Counted from the whole stretch's first letter, positions 1-12,319 are shown. The stretch: 62,961 nt of DNA, filler included, from Octopus bimaculoides (GCF_001194135.2; 4 parts of 4 records of this genome joined end to end with filler, not necessarily neighbours in it), one strand, 5' to 3'. Numbers and translations: made by a program. The notes: generated by a model not told the origin, from the letters alone.

Positions 1-557
1 CACACACACACACACACACACACAGAGCAGCAATAGCAGCAGCAGCAGCAAATACCGATGCGTCAATACGTAAAAATATAAAAATATGGCTTGGAGGCGG
101 GGCTTTACATGTAGGCGGGTTTAATTTCATTGCACACGCATAAATATCGCAGAAAGCGACAGCGTGTAATAGCACAGTCACCTACATCATGTTCTAATCA
201 ATATAGTTAAAGGGTGGCTGGGGAGTGGAAAGTTGCTGTTTGGGATTAAATAACATATTTAGAAATGGTGATGTCATACGGAATTGACCAAAGGGATTGA
301 TATATTCTTTCATAATATTATTTAATTGCTTTTAGCAGAGGTGTATAGGCTCAGAACGAGGTACAGATGCATCCTCTGAAATTTTTTCGGTGGTGGAAGG
401 GGCAATGAAAACGCTTTGAACATCTTCCTGAAAAACTTCGTCGCTAAAGCGAAGGAGCGTAAAAACACTTTTGGACTGATTTGAAACATTACTTTTCCAT
501 CATTGGATGCAGCAGATTTGAATAATGTACAAATAAAATGACGGTTTCAAATTTTCG

Positions 558-715
558 CACAAGGCCGGCAATTTTGAGTGAGGGTGAAGTCAATTACATC
601 AACCCCTGTTCTCCCCACTGTTACTTATTTTATCGACCCCGAAAGGATGAAAGGCAGAGTCGGCTTTGGCAGAATTTGAACTCAGAACATAACGACGGAC
701 GAAATGCCTGGAGCT
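558..715 (-). mobile_element. tRNA-derived SINE family C (partial)
   Basis: Shares the block tttatcgaccccgaaaggatgaaaggcaaagtcgac...gaatttgaactcagaac with many other copies in the window. Confidence 0.75.
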
Positions 716-872
716 TATACTCACAACACTTAACACATTCTAGTTAAGGAAATTCCCAGTTAAGGAATTTCCATGACGGACACTGGACCACTGGACCACT
801 GTTTGGAAACACTATTTTTATTGAATTGATCTAATGCCTAATTGGTATTCATACTTCAAAACATTACTATTG

Positions 873-1120
873 TGGAAGCACATGGCTTAGTGGTTAGGGT
901 GTCGAACTCATGATCATAAGATTATGGTTTCGATACTTGGACCTAGCGATGCGTTGTGTTATTGAGCAAAACACCTCATTTCACGTTGCCGCTCAGCTGG
1001 CAAAAATGAATAATCCTGTGATGGACTGGCGCCCTGTCCAGGTGGGGAATTTATATGCCATGGAAATTGTGAAACCGGCCCTTGTGAGTCGGCATGACTT
1101 GAGAAGGTAACTTTACTTTT
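873..1120 (+). mobile_element. tRNA-derived SINE family A
   Basis: A-box TGGCTTAGTGG, B-box-like GTTTCGATAC, then body ttgagcaaaacacctcatttcacgttg...ctcagctggcaaaaatga shared with copies at 2255, 12320, 18094, 32410 and 47805. Confidence 0.8.
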
Positions 1121-1504
1121 AACTATTTGTTGTTTAAATATAAGAACGTCAGTCCTTAGTGGGCTGTGGACTACAGATTCGGTGTCTGTTACTGATGAAG
1201 CATAATGACACAGAAAATGAGTCTTATGGTCCGATGACGTCATTCATAGCCCAATAAAATGTTTTTCACATATATTGTTCCTAAGGAGAATTTCTCTCTC
1301 GAGATAATTTCTGCATTGTAGGTCTTTTCCACGTTTTAGTGTACACGAACGTGTTAAATATATATAATTGCACGCCCATATATTTCAATCAACACTGCTT
1401 TGTGTGCCTCTAGCTAATACATTCTATTCATTGTTCCACCACAAATCTGTCAATTTACCCCCTTTAAAAAAAGTGATTTTTTTCTTCTTTTATTTTGATA
1501 TCAG

Positions 1505-1673
1505 CACGAAAACTACTCCCCAACGGGTGGCTTTGAGAATGACATCGCCATGATTGAGTTACCAGAAATTCTAGATTTGAATCCTAAATCAGTGTTTCCT
1601 ATTTGCATTGCTAGTAAACAACTATCTATTGATCTTCACGATTGCTGGATGACTGGATGGGGTAATACAGAAG
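1505..1673 (+). CDS. S1A (trypsin/chymotrypsin-fold) serine protease, internal coding exon carrying catalytic Asp102
   Basis: Acceptor tttcttcttttattttgatatcag| and donor G|gtgagt. Translates HENYSPTGGFENDIAMIELPEILDLNPKSVFPICIASKQLSIDLHDCWMTGWGNTE(G), with the NDIA motif, PICI (Cys122) and CWMTGWG. Length 169 nt, phase 0 to 1, in frame with the next exon. Confidence 0.95.
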
Positions 1674-2254
1674 GTGAGTGAGCTATGACTTTTTCAAACA
1701 ATAACGTATGTAGTATTTAGAAGATTATTATCAAAGTGGCTCTCTGTAAAGCGATGTATTGGTGCAATCGTTTGAGTGTTGAATAAATAGAATATGAACT
1801 CAGTCTCTTGAGTTCATATTCCATCGAGTTTAGTTTTCCTTTTCATCCTTTTGAGTTTGATAAAAAAAGGCACAGATCTAGGGTGAGGAGTTGTTCGCTT
1901 CTTTGCTCTCTGAGTTTCTGGCTTTCTTGGGTAGTAGACTTAAGCTGTCACTCGGTTTAACACTACCACAAGTATTCCACAGTGGATAACTCCAATAACA
2001 CTAGTTTCGGTGGCCCTGTGAAGGATAATGGGCCCTCCCTATCTTGTACTCTGATTAAAAGAAATAATAATTCTGAATATCTATACTGACTTTTAAAAGC
2101 ACAGATATCTAAGTCAATAACATCAAGTCAGAAGCTGCAACATAAATGTAAAACATTTGATGTGGACAACGAAGAAGACAACGTGGTCACTCGACCTGCA
2201 AGATATAGCTGCCAAATCTCCTGCAAATTATACACCCTCGTCTGTAAAAGGTGG

Positions 2255-2405
2255 AAGCAAGTGGCTTAATAGTTAGGGCGTTGGACTCATGATCATAAGA
2301 TTATAGTTTCGATTCCTAGACTGGGTGACGCGTTGTGTTCTTGAGAAAAACACTTCATTTCACGTTGCTCCAGTCCACTCAGCTGGCAAAAATGAGTAAT
2401 CTTGC
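2255..2405 (+). mobile_element. SINE family A, 5' part, in protease intron
   Basis: gtggcttaatagttagggcgttggactcatgatcataagattatagtttcgattcc...cagtccactcagctggcaaaaatgagtaa. Confidence 0.75.
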
Positions 2406-2751
2406 GACAGGGCAGTGGATTGGTGGAACTGTTAGAAAGTCGGGTGAGTTACTTTGTAATGTTTTATCTGGCTGTGTTCTGAGACCAATGATTGTGATGA
2501 CGCTGGTACCAAGCTGTACCGGACCATATCAGTGGCTTTTCTCTTGCATAAACATCAATGTCATTGGAAAGGGTAAACTTGTATGCAAGGGCAACTGATA
2601 GTATTCTTCAAGAAATCTTGTCCATGTCTACATTCCTGTGTAGATACATTGTCAACCATAACCGATGGAGTTTCTAAGATAGATAGTCATACTGATAGGT
2701 TTGTTGATTCAAACTTTCTCCAGATTCTTTCAATAATTTATCTCGTTGTAG

Positions 2752-2885
2752 GCACTGCTGATCCAAATGTTCTCCAAACATTGAAAGTTCACATTTGGCA
2801 CCATCAAAGATGCAAAGATGTATGGACAGGACTGATTAGTGATGGTCATATTTGTGTTAGTTCTGGAAATTCAGGAGCATGTTTG
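2752..2885 (+). CDS. S1A serine protease, penultimate coding exon
   Basis: Acceptor tctcgttgtag| and donor TTG|gtaaga. Translates (G)TADPNVLQTLKVHIWHHQRCKDVWTGLISDGHICVSSGNSGACL (Cys168, Cys182, Cys191). Phase 1 to 0, splices in frame to GDSGGP. Confidence 0.95.
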
Positions 2886-2974
2886 GTAAGAGTTTTATTT
2901 AGCAAGATATGAAAACGTGAACATTTGCACACAAACACGCCTGTGTACATACATAATACCTACGTGCCTACCAT

Positions 2975-3062
2975 AATACATACGTGCCTACCTACCTACC
3001 TACCTACCTACCTACCTACCTACCTACCTACTTACCTACCTACCTACCTGCCGGCCTACCTA
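2975..3062. repeat. (CCTA)n microsatellite
   Basis: Direct tetranucleotide run. Confidence 0.9.
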
Positions 3063-3137
3063 CTTTCCAAACATCAGTAAGAATATATAGATGTTCTTGT
3101 ATCTCAGCAGGGTCATTATGCCAATAATAAATACACG

Positions 3138-3355
3138 CTCAAGGCAGTGAGCTGGCAGAACTGTTAGCACACCAGGCAAAGTGTTTAGCGTCATTTCGCC
3201 CGTCTTTATGTTCTGAGTTCAAGTTCCACTGAGGTTGCATTTGCCTTTCATCTTTTTGGGATCGATAAAATAAGTATCAGTTGAGTGCTGGGATCGATGT
3301 AATTGATTTATTCCCTCCCCCAAAATTGCTGGCCTTGTACCAAATTCGAAATCAG
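3138..3355 (+). mobile_element. SINE family C in protease intron
   Basis: Head ggcagtgagctggcagaactgttagcac, B-box gagttcaagttcc, body gcctttcatctttttgggatcgataaaataagtatcag, tail ggccttgtacc. Confidence 0.8.
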
Positions 3356-3385
3356 TAATAAACACATGCATTGGTTTTATTTTAC

Positions 3386-3428
<43 letters not shown>

Positions 3429-3929
3429 GCCAGTTAGTGAACCATTTAACCAATTAACTAATTGATTGTTTGATAAATTGTTCGATCAATCAATCAATCA
3501 ATGAGGTTTATCAAAGTCATTTCGTCTCCATTCGCACCTCATCAATGACATACCTTCTCACGAAATATAAAGAGGGCTCAGCTATATGATGAATTGGCCT
3601 CTTAAAATTCAACTGAACTTACAAAGAGTGAAACAATTTTAATTTGCAATCCATGTAGCTGTGTAGTTAAGAAGCTAGTTTTACAACCATGTGGCTTCGA
3701 GTTTCATACTATTTCTAACACATTTCAAAATCGTGTTTCACTTGGTATGTTGTGAGTGCAAAATGTCTTATAATTGGTGCTGAAGACAGTTCTGGAAATG
3801 GAAATCTTATTGTCACCCTAAGACATTATTTGTGTTGACAAACATCAGTATTCATAATGGCGAGAAGTTTGTAATCGTCGCAAGGATGCAAACATTAAGA
3901 ATGTTATTCACATAATACAAGTACGTACG

Positions 3930-3931
3930 TG

Positions 3932-3969
<38 letters not shown>

Positions 3970-4235
3970 CACACACGCACACACAAACACACAGACACAC
4001 ACACACACACACACAAAGACACAGACACACACACATAAACATACGCACATAGAGAGAAACATACCTAGACACACACACACACACACACATAGAGAGAGAG
4101 ACACACACACATAGAGAGAGAGACACACAGACACTCACACACACATAGAAACACACATACAGACACTCAGACACAGACACACACATACTCTCTCTCACAC
4201 ACAGACACAGACACACAAACGCGCGCGCGCGTACT
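3930..4235. repeat. Compound (CA)n/(GA)n microsatellite; source of spurious CV/HT ORFs
   Basis: Direct dinucleotide runs. Confidence 0.9.
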
Positions 4236-4809
4236 CATACAGTCATACTACGTCACCAAAATTCTCTGAATCACACACATAAACATCTACTATCAACACA
4301 TGAAAAAGAAAATAACTACATATTGAATAAATACATTAAAACACCACAAATATATGCAAAAATGGATTAACGCACCAAATACACACATATACATATCTTT
4401 TTACATATACACACATATAGATAATAAATACATATATGTAAATTAAGCGGGTTCTAACGCACAAATACACACAGGTAAATACACATGCGCAAAAAGGCAC
4501 AAAATGCATAAATATAAACGCATAAACATGGCAAACGCATATACGTAGCATTAAAGAAACGCACAAACACCATACCTCCAAATTTCAATACACACACTAT
4601 ACTCACTCACACACATACATGCGCGTACATGCGCGTACACATACTAACATCGCATTTTTATAACTACACACATTAACACATACCAATGGTGCTTGAAACA
4701 AATACTTACATGCAGCAAAACACATACACATACACACATCAAAAATGTGTTCACAATACACACACACACACACATACCGCTCTATACACATAAATGAAAA
4801 CAAACAGAT

Positions 4810-4910
4810 ACAGGTACTCTGTCGGTTACTATGATGAGGGTTCCAGTTGATCTGATCCACGGAACAACCTGCTTGTAAAATTAACGTGCAAGTGGATGAG
4901 CACTCCGCAG
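4810..4910. mobile_element. Dispersed repeat fragment (family F), related copies at 32717-32780 and 36930-37040
   Basis: Shared block gttccagttgatc...gaacaacctgcttgtaaaattaacgtgcaagtgg, in opposite orientation in the other two copies. Confidence 0.6.
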
Positions 4911-4949
4911 TAAGATTCATCGTGACACGGAATGTCTCAGTATAACTGT

Positions 4950-5557
4950 CTGTCGTTCCTTCGGTGTACACTTTTGTTCTGATGGAAGTTTTTCTCATCT
5001 TGGAAAAACGAAAGCATTCCATCTCTTAGTGTTTTAGCTTGTTTAGCAAGCACTTTGCATGGATCGAACAATTCACTGCTGTCACATCCGACATAAGCTG
5101 AACTCTCTGCATCACATACAACTTGTACTGGATATCCTCATGCACAACTCTTCTGATTGTGCATTCTGAAACCCTGAGGTCTTTTGCAATGGCTCTGATT
5201 GACTTTTTGAGATATTTTATTGTTTATTTCATGGACTATTTGTACAAAGTTTTGTGTTCTTAATGATAGTAGGACCCTGTGCATGCGTTTTGCATTTAGC
5301 TACTGATGTCGGATCCCCGTCAGCTGCTTCCAGCTCCTTTTGAACTTTGACCACGAAGGATCAAGCAACTTTCAGGAAGCAAGCCATCTATTTATCACTA
5401 TGCTGCACTTTTACGGCAACAATTACAGTGCCCCTTTTCATTTGCTGAGTCAACTTGATGTCTGAAATTATTTATCTGAAAAATAAGGTAAAAGAAAATA
5501 AGTTAGAAGTAAGTTAGAGCTCTTGAAAGACGTGTCTTCGAAAAATTGATACACCCA
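4950..5557 (-). mobile_element. Decayed maT (DD37D-type) Tc1/mariner transposase, N-terminal half, in protease intron
   Basis: Minus-strand frames with stops and frameshifts give KSIRAIAKDLRVSECTIRRVVHEDIQYK...LLNKLKH...FFQDEKNFHQNKSVHRRNDR, homologous to the element at 23.6-24.9 kb. A TIR-like gggtgtatcaattttt end lies near 5557. Confidence 0.75.
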
Positions 5558-5597
5558 TTACATATAATCATTTTTCTTCTTATATTTTTTTTACCAG

Positions 5598-5768
5598 GGT
5601 GATTCTGGCGGCCCGCTGTCTTGTAAAATCAACGACCGTTTCGTACTTGTTGGCATAGCATCATGGGGTGTTACAAGTTGTCGTAATAACAACTTCCCGG
5701 ACGTTTATTCCAATGTAACTTTTTATTTGGACTGGATTCGGAGTCGTGCTTCTTTGGCCAACAACTGA
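5598..5768 (+). CDS. S1A serine protease, last coding exon carrying catalytic Ser195
   Basis: Acceptor ttttttttaccag|. Translates [56 protein letters not shown], with the canonical GDSGGP, SWG, PxVY and WI motifs. Confidence 0.97.
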   Translation, partial: GDSGGPLSCKINDRFVLVGIASWGVTSCRNNNFPDVYSNVTFYLDWIRSRASLANN

Positions 5769-5772
5769 TCTA

Positions 5773-5834
<62 letters not shown>

Positions 5835-5835
5835 C
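5768..5835. repeat. (ATCT)n microsatellite starting immediately after the protease stop codon
   Basis: Direct tetranucleotide run in the presumed 3'UTR. Confidence 0.9.
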
Positions 5836-6069
5836 ATGTCTGTCTGTCTGTCCGTCTGCTTGTGTGTCTATCTTTTTTTGCTTGTCTTTTTGTCTGGCTA
5901 TGTATGTATGTATGTATCTAGCAGTCTGTGTGTCTATCTATGTGATGTTTTAGCCAATGAAGTAGGATTAGATGCAGTTGATTCGATTGACTTTAAGTAC
6001 TTTTATAGAAACAGGAGCCTCGTCTCTAAAGAAATCCTTACTATAATATATACTGAGGCAATGAGCTGG

Positions 6070-6460
6070 TATAATCGTTAAATAGTCGGATGAAATGCTT
6101 AGTGGCGTTTCTTCTGCTTTTACGTTTGAGTTCAAATGCCGTTGAAGTCGACTTTGCCTTTTCTGCTTTTGGGGTAGATAAAATAAGTTTCAGTTGAACA
6201 CTGGAGTTGTTGTAATTAAATAGCCCTGCACCACCAAATTTCATGCCTTGTACCTATAGTAGAAAGGATTTGACAGAAAAGACGGTGAGTTGGCAGAATC
6301 GTTAGCACGCCGGGCAAAATGTTTAGCGGCATTTTGTCCATCTTTATGTTCTGAGTTCAAATTCCGCCGAGGTCGACTTTGCTTTTCATCCTTCGGAGTT
6401 GATAATATAAGTACCAGTTGATCACTGGGGTCGATGTACTTGGGCGATTATACCCCCTGT
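6070..6460 (+). mobile_element. Two adjacent SINE family C copies
   Basis: Two gagttcaaat...gtcgactttgc(c/t)ttt...gataaaataagt units at about 6070-6270 and 6280-6460. Confidence 0.75.
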
Positions 6461-6626
6461 AACAAATTAGTTAGACACGCACGCNNNNNNNNNNNNNNNN
6501 NNNNNNNNNNNNNNNNNNNNNNNNNNNNNNNNNNNNNNNNNNNNNNNNNNNNNNNNNNNNNNNNNNNNNNNNNNNNNNNNNNNNNNNNNNNNNNNNNNNN
6601 NNNNNNNNNNNNNNNNNNNNNNNNNN

Positions 6627-6663
<37 letters not shown>

Positions 6664-8422
6664 GAATGATCTCCATTTCGACTCATTTCAGTTCTGTTGC
6701 ACTCGATATATGTGAATGTCATTCACTCGTACAATTTTCCTTTGTTTTTATAATAAAATATAAACCACCACCATCACCAACAACAACAACAAAGAGAAAA
6801 CCAGTTATTTCATCATCTCTGCTCCGCTACTTCGCTGATAGCCTGCACTAGTTCCTAACACTCATTCTGTTAAAGGACACTCGTGTATGTTGTGTACCCA
6901 GCTGACCAGTTATTGCATGGGAGATAATCATTACTGGATAAACCTCGGCATGATTAGAAGTTTGAATTTTAAATCGATGACCAAGGAAGAGAATAGAATA
7001 TACATATTTAATTTTTTTCTTTTGCTTACATATCTATTTAGTATTACCTACCTAGGATAGGATCGTAGGATCATAACCCATTCACACTTTTCCAACCCCA
7101 GGTATCATCTTCATGAATTGGATTAAAATACTGATCATCACAATATCCACCTCTATCTCTTTCCCTTCTCTACACTTCCTGCTTCTGTCTATCCTTTTCT
7201 CACTCACCTATCAATCTTAAAGTATCTATTTATTTGGCTTATTTTTTCCATTGATCTTTATTTCGTTCAATTCTATTTTACAGTATACATAAATTACAGT
7301 ATATTGACTAACGCATACATTTCCACAATTCTCAACCGATTTTCACCAAACTTTGCACATACATCACTTATGTCCCAAGGATGGTCATGCACTATAACAT
7401 TTTGCTCAGAACCCCTGTGTAAATGGACAAACTGGAAAAAAAATCGGTGGTTTACATGGGTTTTCTCTCTAATTCGTTGTATGTACATAGTTTTTTTTTG
7501 CATGTAGGGTCTTCCATACTTCTTTAATCTTAATGGTCGTATATTGGCATCAGAGAATATTTTTTTAGTGATTTTCACATTTTTGGGGATTAATTATTTA
7601 TTTATATTTTGTAATTGTGTATTATTACTTTCTATATTTTTTTGTATGTGTATTGGGATGTATTTTGTGTTTGAGTGTTTTGGTCAGAGAATATTATAAA
7701 AGTGAAAGGATTTTGTCTATTTATTTATTTTGACTGTTTTCCATAGTTTTTAAGTCTATATGGTCGTATATTTGCATTATGGAATATATTTTGTTGTTTT
7801 CACATTTTATTTATTTATTATTTGTCTACCTTACAACGCGACATCTTTTCACTGTGAACTGCTAAATATTCAAAGCAGTATTCGTGAACTGAAGTCAAAC
7901 TCTTCATGTCTTCATTCTTCGTTACTTGAAGTTAATTTTAGAGTGGTCGTACACTGTAAGCACATAGCAAATATATTCCTTTAACTCTACTCTAGGTATT
8001 ATATTGCCATTTTTGAACGTACCAATCATACTTCTCTCCGAAAAAACATCTCCCTTTGCTGTTGAATAAAATAATCTCACAGAATGGAAGTGTCAACGTC
8101 TCCCTTCTACATCATCTATGTGGCTGTTTCTGACAAGAAATTTCACTTTCATGTAAAACAACTATATTTTGTAGCTATTATCCGTAATCTACTCCCAAAA
8201 CATTTCAGTAGCTCTATGTTGCATCGCTGGAAAACTTATATGTTCTCTGATCATTAAAGTACAACGACCTCCACGATAACGAGCCTTCAATTTGGATTTC
8301 CGTTCCTAGGTTAATCAGAAACATAGATTGGAGTGCTACTCATAAACCTCGGTAGTTCAATTATTTTGTAAAAAAAATACCATCATAACAACTTAAACCG
8401 TCCAAAGGACAGGTGCGTTTGC

Positions 8423-8461
<39 letters not shown>

Positions 8462-10059
8462 AGAGAAATCATTTTTGGGATTCATAACCAAGAATCGAAA
8501 CCGTAACCTAGATTTTCCTTCGAGACCTTTTCCTTTGTTTCGGCCTTAGTACTCGGAAATTTATGAGGTTACCTGTCAAACTTATCTTGGTTCCTTTGTT
8601 TGAGTTAGAATCTTACAGTCATTTGGTGCTTATGAAAGATTAGACACATACATCCCTTTGCTCTCGGATATACATTCAGTTTTTCTCATAGGTATAAGTA
8701 GGAACTCTGAGAGAACATCAGTGGTCAGTTTTCCTTCGCTTTCTAACAAGCAACTTTCCCTAAGACACACACTTTAAGATGCGCGAACATTCATTCTTGT
8801 TATCCTGCTTGAACTACTAAACTGCCGATTACTGGTAAAGCCTCGTCCACTGACTCCCCCCCTACCACATGTGTATGTATTATGTAAATAAGTTAAAATC
8901 CAAGCTGTGTTCTTTTGAAGCACATCTGCTTATTCCAGTTTTCCAAATTCCGTATGTCGATGTTACATTTATGTAAGGTCTGTATAAGCATTGAAAATTC
9001 CGGAAAATAGTTTTTGCCAAGTAATTTATATATCAAAACAGGAGTTTAGAAAAAATTATTTGGTATTATTTATTCACATGTTTCATTTGCTAATTGGAGT
9101 TACAAAATTGTACATGTATGAGAAGCATGTAAGATATTTCCATGTGTGAAATGTGATATTGTAGTAATCTCTTATTTACTTAGTCATTACTACTACATGT
9201 ACTATCACCACCATACAAACAAACAAAGTACTTACAACAGGCTTTTAGACGTTTTAGCATAGCCATTTTGGCTCCGCCTTGTTGGCATCGTAAATTCGAC
9301 GCTGACTTATTTGACATTAGATGTTTTAGTGTTTCATTCATTTTCATATTTCTCTCATTCTCTCTCCCCCTTTCCACTCCTCCTATCTCCTCTTTCTCCC
9401 CCTCTTCTGCCTTTTTCCTCTTCTCTCTTTCTCTCTCTATTCATGTGTATGAGAAGAGACAAAGTGCTTGTGTCAATCGTGTTCAATTAATAAATTGTAA
9501 TGTCTCATTCTTTTTATTTGCATGTGTATATTTCTGCGCTTACTTGCATGCGTGTGTTTGCCTTCAGCACCAAGGGGTTCTGTTTCCAACACATGTTTAT
9601 TGTCTAGCCAACTATGCCAAATCGTCAGCATCAAAACATCTGCACCCAATCGTCTCATTCTGATTATAGTATTACTACAATAACATCCTAAAACTATATC
9701 CTTCTCATTCAGTAATTTCTTCACTCCACACAAACGCCCCAAAATAGCAGTAGCAGCAGCAATATTAATAATGTCAATGATAAGTGGAGAGGAACAGTTA
9801 CTGTAGCGAGTCCAATATACCCGCCTCTGTTATTTATCGCCAGCCAAATCAATGGAGCCAACTAGGGAGTTTCTGCTTGGTGGCTCAACCTAAGAATAGC
9901 AACCAAATCTTGTTTAGAACCCATTCTATTGAATTACATAAGAAAATAATACATCAGTTAATGTAGTCTTAGATACCCTTAGAAATATTGGAGTGGTTAT
10001 GGCTGAAATGCTTTCTCGAACAGGTTTGACCTGGTACTAAATAATGGTTTCTGATTTAG

Positions 10060-10410
10060 GCACAAGGCCAGCAATTTTCAGTGGGGGACTCCATTACTTG
10101 ACTGGAATTTTATTTTTATCGACCGTGGAAGGATGAGAAAGCAAAGTTGACTTTGGCAGGAATTGAACGATCCTGTCAGCTCATTGCTACAACCTGGAGC
10201 TAAATAGTAGTAACAGTTTCTAATTAAGGTACAAGGCCAAGAGTTTGAGGGGAGGGGTTAGTCGATTATATCGGCTGAAGTACTTGATTTATTTTATGTT
10301 ATCGACACCGGAAGGATGAAAGGCCAAGTCGATCAAGGTAGAGAGCCGGAAGAAATGCCACATGTAATTTCTCCAGCACTCTAACGATTCTGCCTGCTCA
10401 CCACCTTAAT
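10060..10410 (-). mobile_element. Two partial SINE family C copies
   Basis: ggcacaaggcc...ggaaggatgagaaagcaaagttgac and ...ggaaggatgaaaggccaagtcga blocks. Confidence 0.65.
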
Positions 10411-10494
10411 CGGGCTAAACAAAGACGACGACGATGATGAGAACGATGACGACAACAACAACAACAACAGCAACACCAACTGTACATAAATAAG

Positions 10495-10955
10495 CGTAAG
10501 TGTGGCTGTGTAGTAAAAAGCTTGCTTCCCAACCACATGGTTCTAGGTTCAGTCCCAGTGTGTGGCACCTTGGGTAAGTGTCTTCTACTATAGCCGCGGG
10601 CTGATTGAAGCCTCGTGAGTGGATTTGGTAGATGGAAACTGAAAGAATCCCATCGTATGTATATATATATATAATAATAATAATCTCTCTCTCTCTATAC
10701 ATATATATATATATGTATATAACTATGTGTGTGAGTTTTTGTGTCTGTGTTTGTCCCCCCATCACCGCTTGACAACCTATGTTGGTATGTCTACATCTCC
10801 ATAACATAATGGTTGTGCAAAAGAGACCAATAAAATAAGTACTAGGCTTTAAAAAATAAGTACGGGGGTCGATTTGCTCCACTAAAACCCTTCAAGTTGG
10901 TGTTCCAGCATGGCTGCAGTCAAATTATTGAAAAAAGTAAAAGAAGAAAAGAATG
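10495..10955 (+). mobile_element. tRNA-derived SINE family B with internal microsatellite
   Basis: Head gtggctgtgtagtaaaaagcttgcttcccaaccacatggtt..ggttcagtccc, internal (TA)/(TG) tract, tail ggggtcgatttgc...ccagcatggctgcagtcaa...aagtaaaaga. Confidence 0.85.
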
Positions 10956-11407
10956 AATTATATAAATTACCTAGGTCATAAATGGGCTCTACTTTCTTTT
11001 TTATCTAAGTCCCTCTGCTGTTTGAGATAACATCAGGCAAGTGTCGTGCTAATGACGGTTATTGAACCAGAAACATGTGTCAATGGCTTTCCTCTAATAT
11101 CCCGACCCTTTTCCTAAATGGTATGTCAGCTTTGGAGAAATCTTGAATCTTGAGATTGTCTCCCCTTATCAAGTGGAGTTGATCTTAATTGCCATTTGAT
11201 AATTATGATACATCTTCAAAAGATGTTGTATGTATTTGATATTCCCGTATTTGTGTTGCGCATGAATATAATATCTTGGGTATTGTAATGAGGGAGATAA
11301 GACATGTCTAGATTGTCACAATGCACAACTTATCATTAAGCATTGCATTTCAGAATGTCAGGATGTTGTCTACAGCGGCGCTAAGGTAGACAGAAGCATG
11401 ATATATG

Positions 11408-11438
<31 letters not shown>

Positions 11439-11703
11439 NNNNNNNNNNNNNNNNNNNNNNNNNNNNNNNNNNNNNNNNNNNNNNNNNNNNNNNNNNNNNN
11501 NNNNNNNNNNNNNNNNNNNNNNNNNNNNNNNNNNNNNNNNNNNNNNNNNNNNNNNNNNNNNNNNNNNNNNNNNNNNNNNNNNNNNNNNNNNNNNNNNNNN
11601 NNNNNNNNNNNNNNNNNNNNNNNNNNNNNNNNNNNNNNNNNNNNNNNNNNNNNNNNNNNNNNNNNNNNNNNNNNNNNTGTGTGTGTGTGTGTGTGTGTGT
11701 GTG

Positions 11704-11955
11704 TAAAGATAGATATGACCGGTCCATAAAGCGCTTAGCTTTACAGTGTTTCTCCAGACCCTAAACCTGTTGCCCTATGACCTCTCTAGCACTTTTTAAT
11801 TACAGAACTTTAGCCTGGGAGTGATAACCAGCACTTTTTAAGCTAGAGAGGTCATAGGCAAACGGGTTTAGGGTCTGAAGAAACATTGTACAGCTAAGTG
11901 CTTTATGGACGTGAAACCCAGAGTAACTCCATAGACAGGCCATATCTATCTTTTA
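11704..11955. mobile_element. Palindromic non-autonomous element, probably Penelope-derived, carrying a hammerhead-like motif
   Basis: 69-bp inner inverted arms at 11722-11790 and 11842-11910, plus 17-bp outer inverted repeats at 11704-11720 and 11938-11955. Confidence 0.75.
11871..11929 (+). ncRNA. Type I hammerhead ribozyme-like motif (degenerate)
   Basis: Stem I GGGT/ACTC (one G-U), core CTGAAGA at 11875-81, hairpin-forming stem II region, GAAA at 11913-16, short stem III ACCCAGAGT, cleavage triplet GTA at 11923-25. Confidence 0.45.
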
Positions 11956-12041
11956 TCTATATACTCTGCTGTTCTATAACTTAAAGTTTGCTTCTTCTTC
12001 GGATTTTTGATTTACTGATGATATATATATATATATATATA

Positions 12042-12168
12042 TCATTTAATGTCCGCTTTCCATGCTAGCATGGGTTGGACGGTTTGACTGAGGACTGGTG
12101 AACCAGGTGGCTACACCAGGCTCCAATCTGAGTTGGCAGAATTTCTACAGCTGGATGCCCTTCCTAAC
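12042..12168 (-). mobile_element. (GAT)n-tailed retroposon 3' segment (family D); related copies at about 35815-36050, 45480-45680, 51070-51122 (-) and 55985-56115 (+)
   Basis: Shared catcatttaa(c/t)gtccgctttccatgctagcatgggttggacg...tttctacagctggatgcccttcctaac block. Confidence 0.75.
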
Positions 12169-12319
12169 ACATATATATATATAAGGATAAAAAATCCTTC
12201 CCGAGCCACAGCCTCATAAGTCTGATTTCCTGGATTCTATGGCGCATATATTCACTCCTGAACGGGAGGCTGGTTCTTGTGTAGTGTATTACTCGTTTTG
12301 TGCTCGCTGAGTAGACTGG

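Noticed and set aside
1-1504. Search for the upstream protease exons (IVGG, His57 AAHC)
   Set aside because: No frame with these motifs and suitable splice sites was found; they are presumably outside the window.
7295-7500. ctcaaccgattttcaccaaactttgcaca block reminiscent of Helitron-derived non-autonomous repeats
   Set aside because: Single copy in the window with no identifiable termini; cannot be supported without a repeat library.
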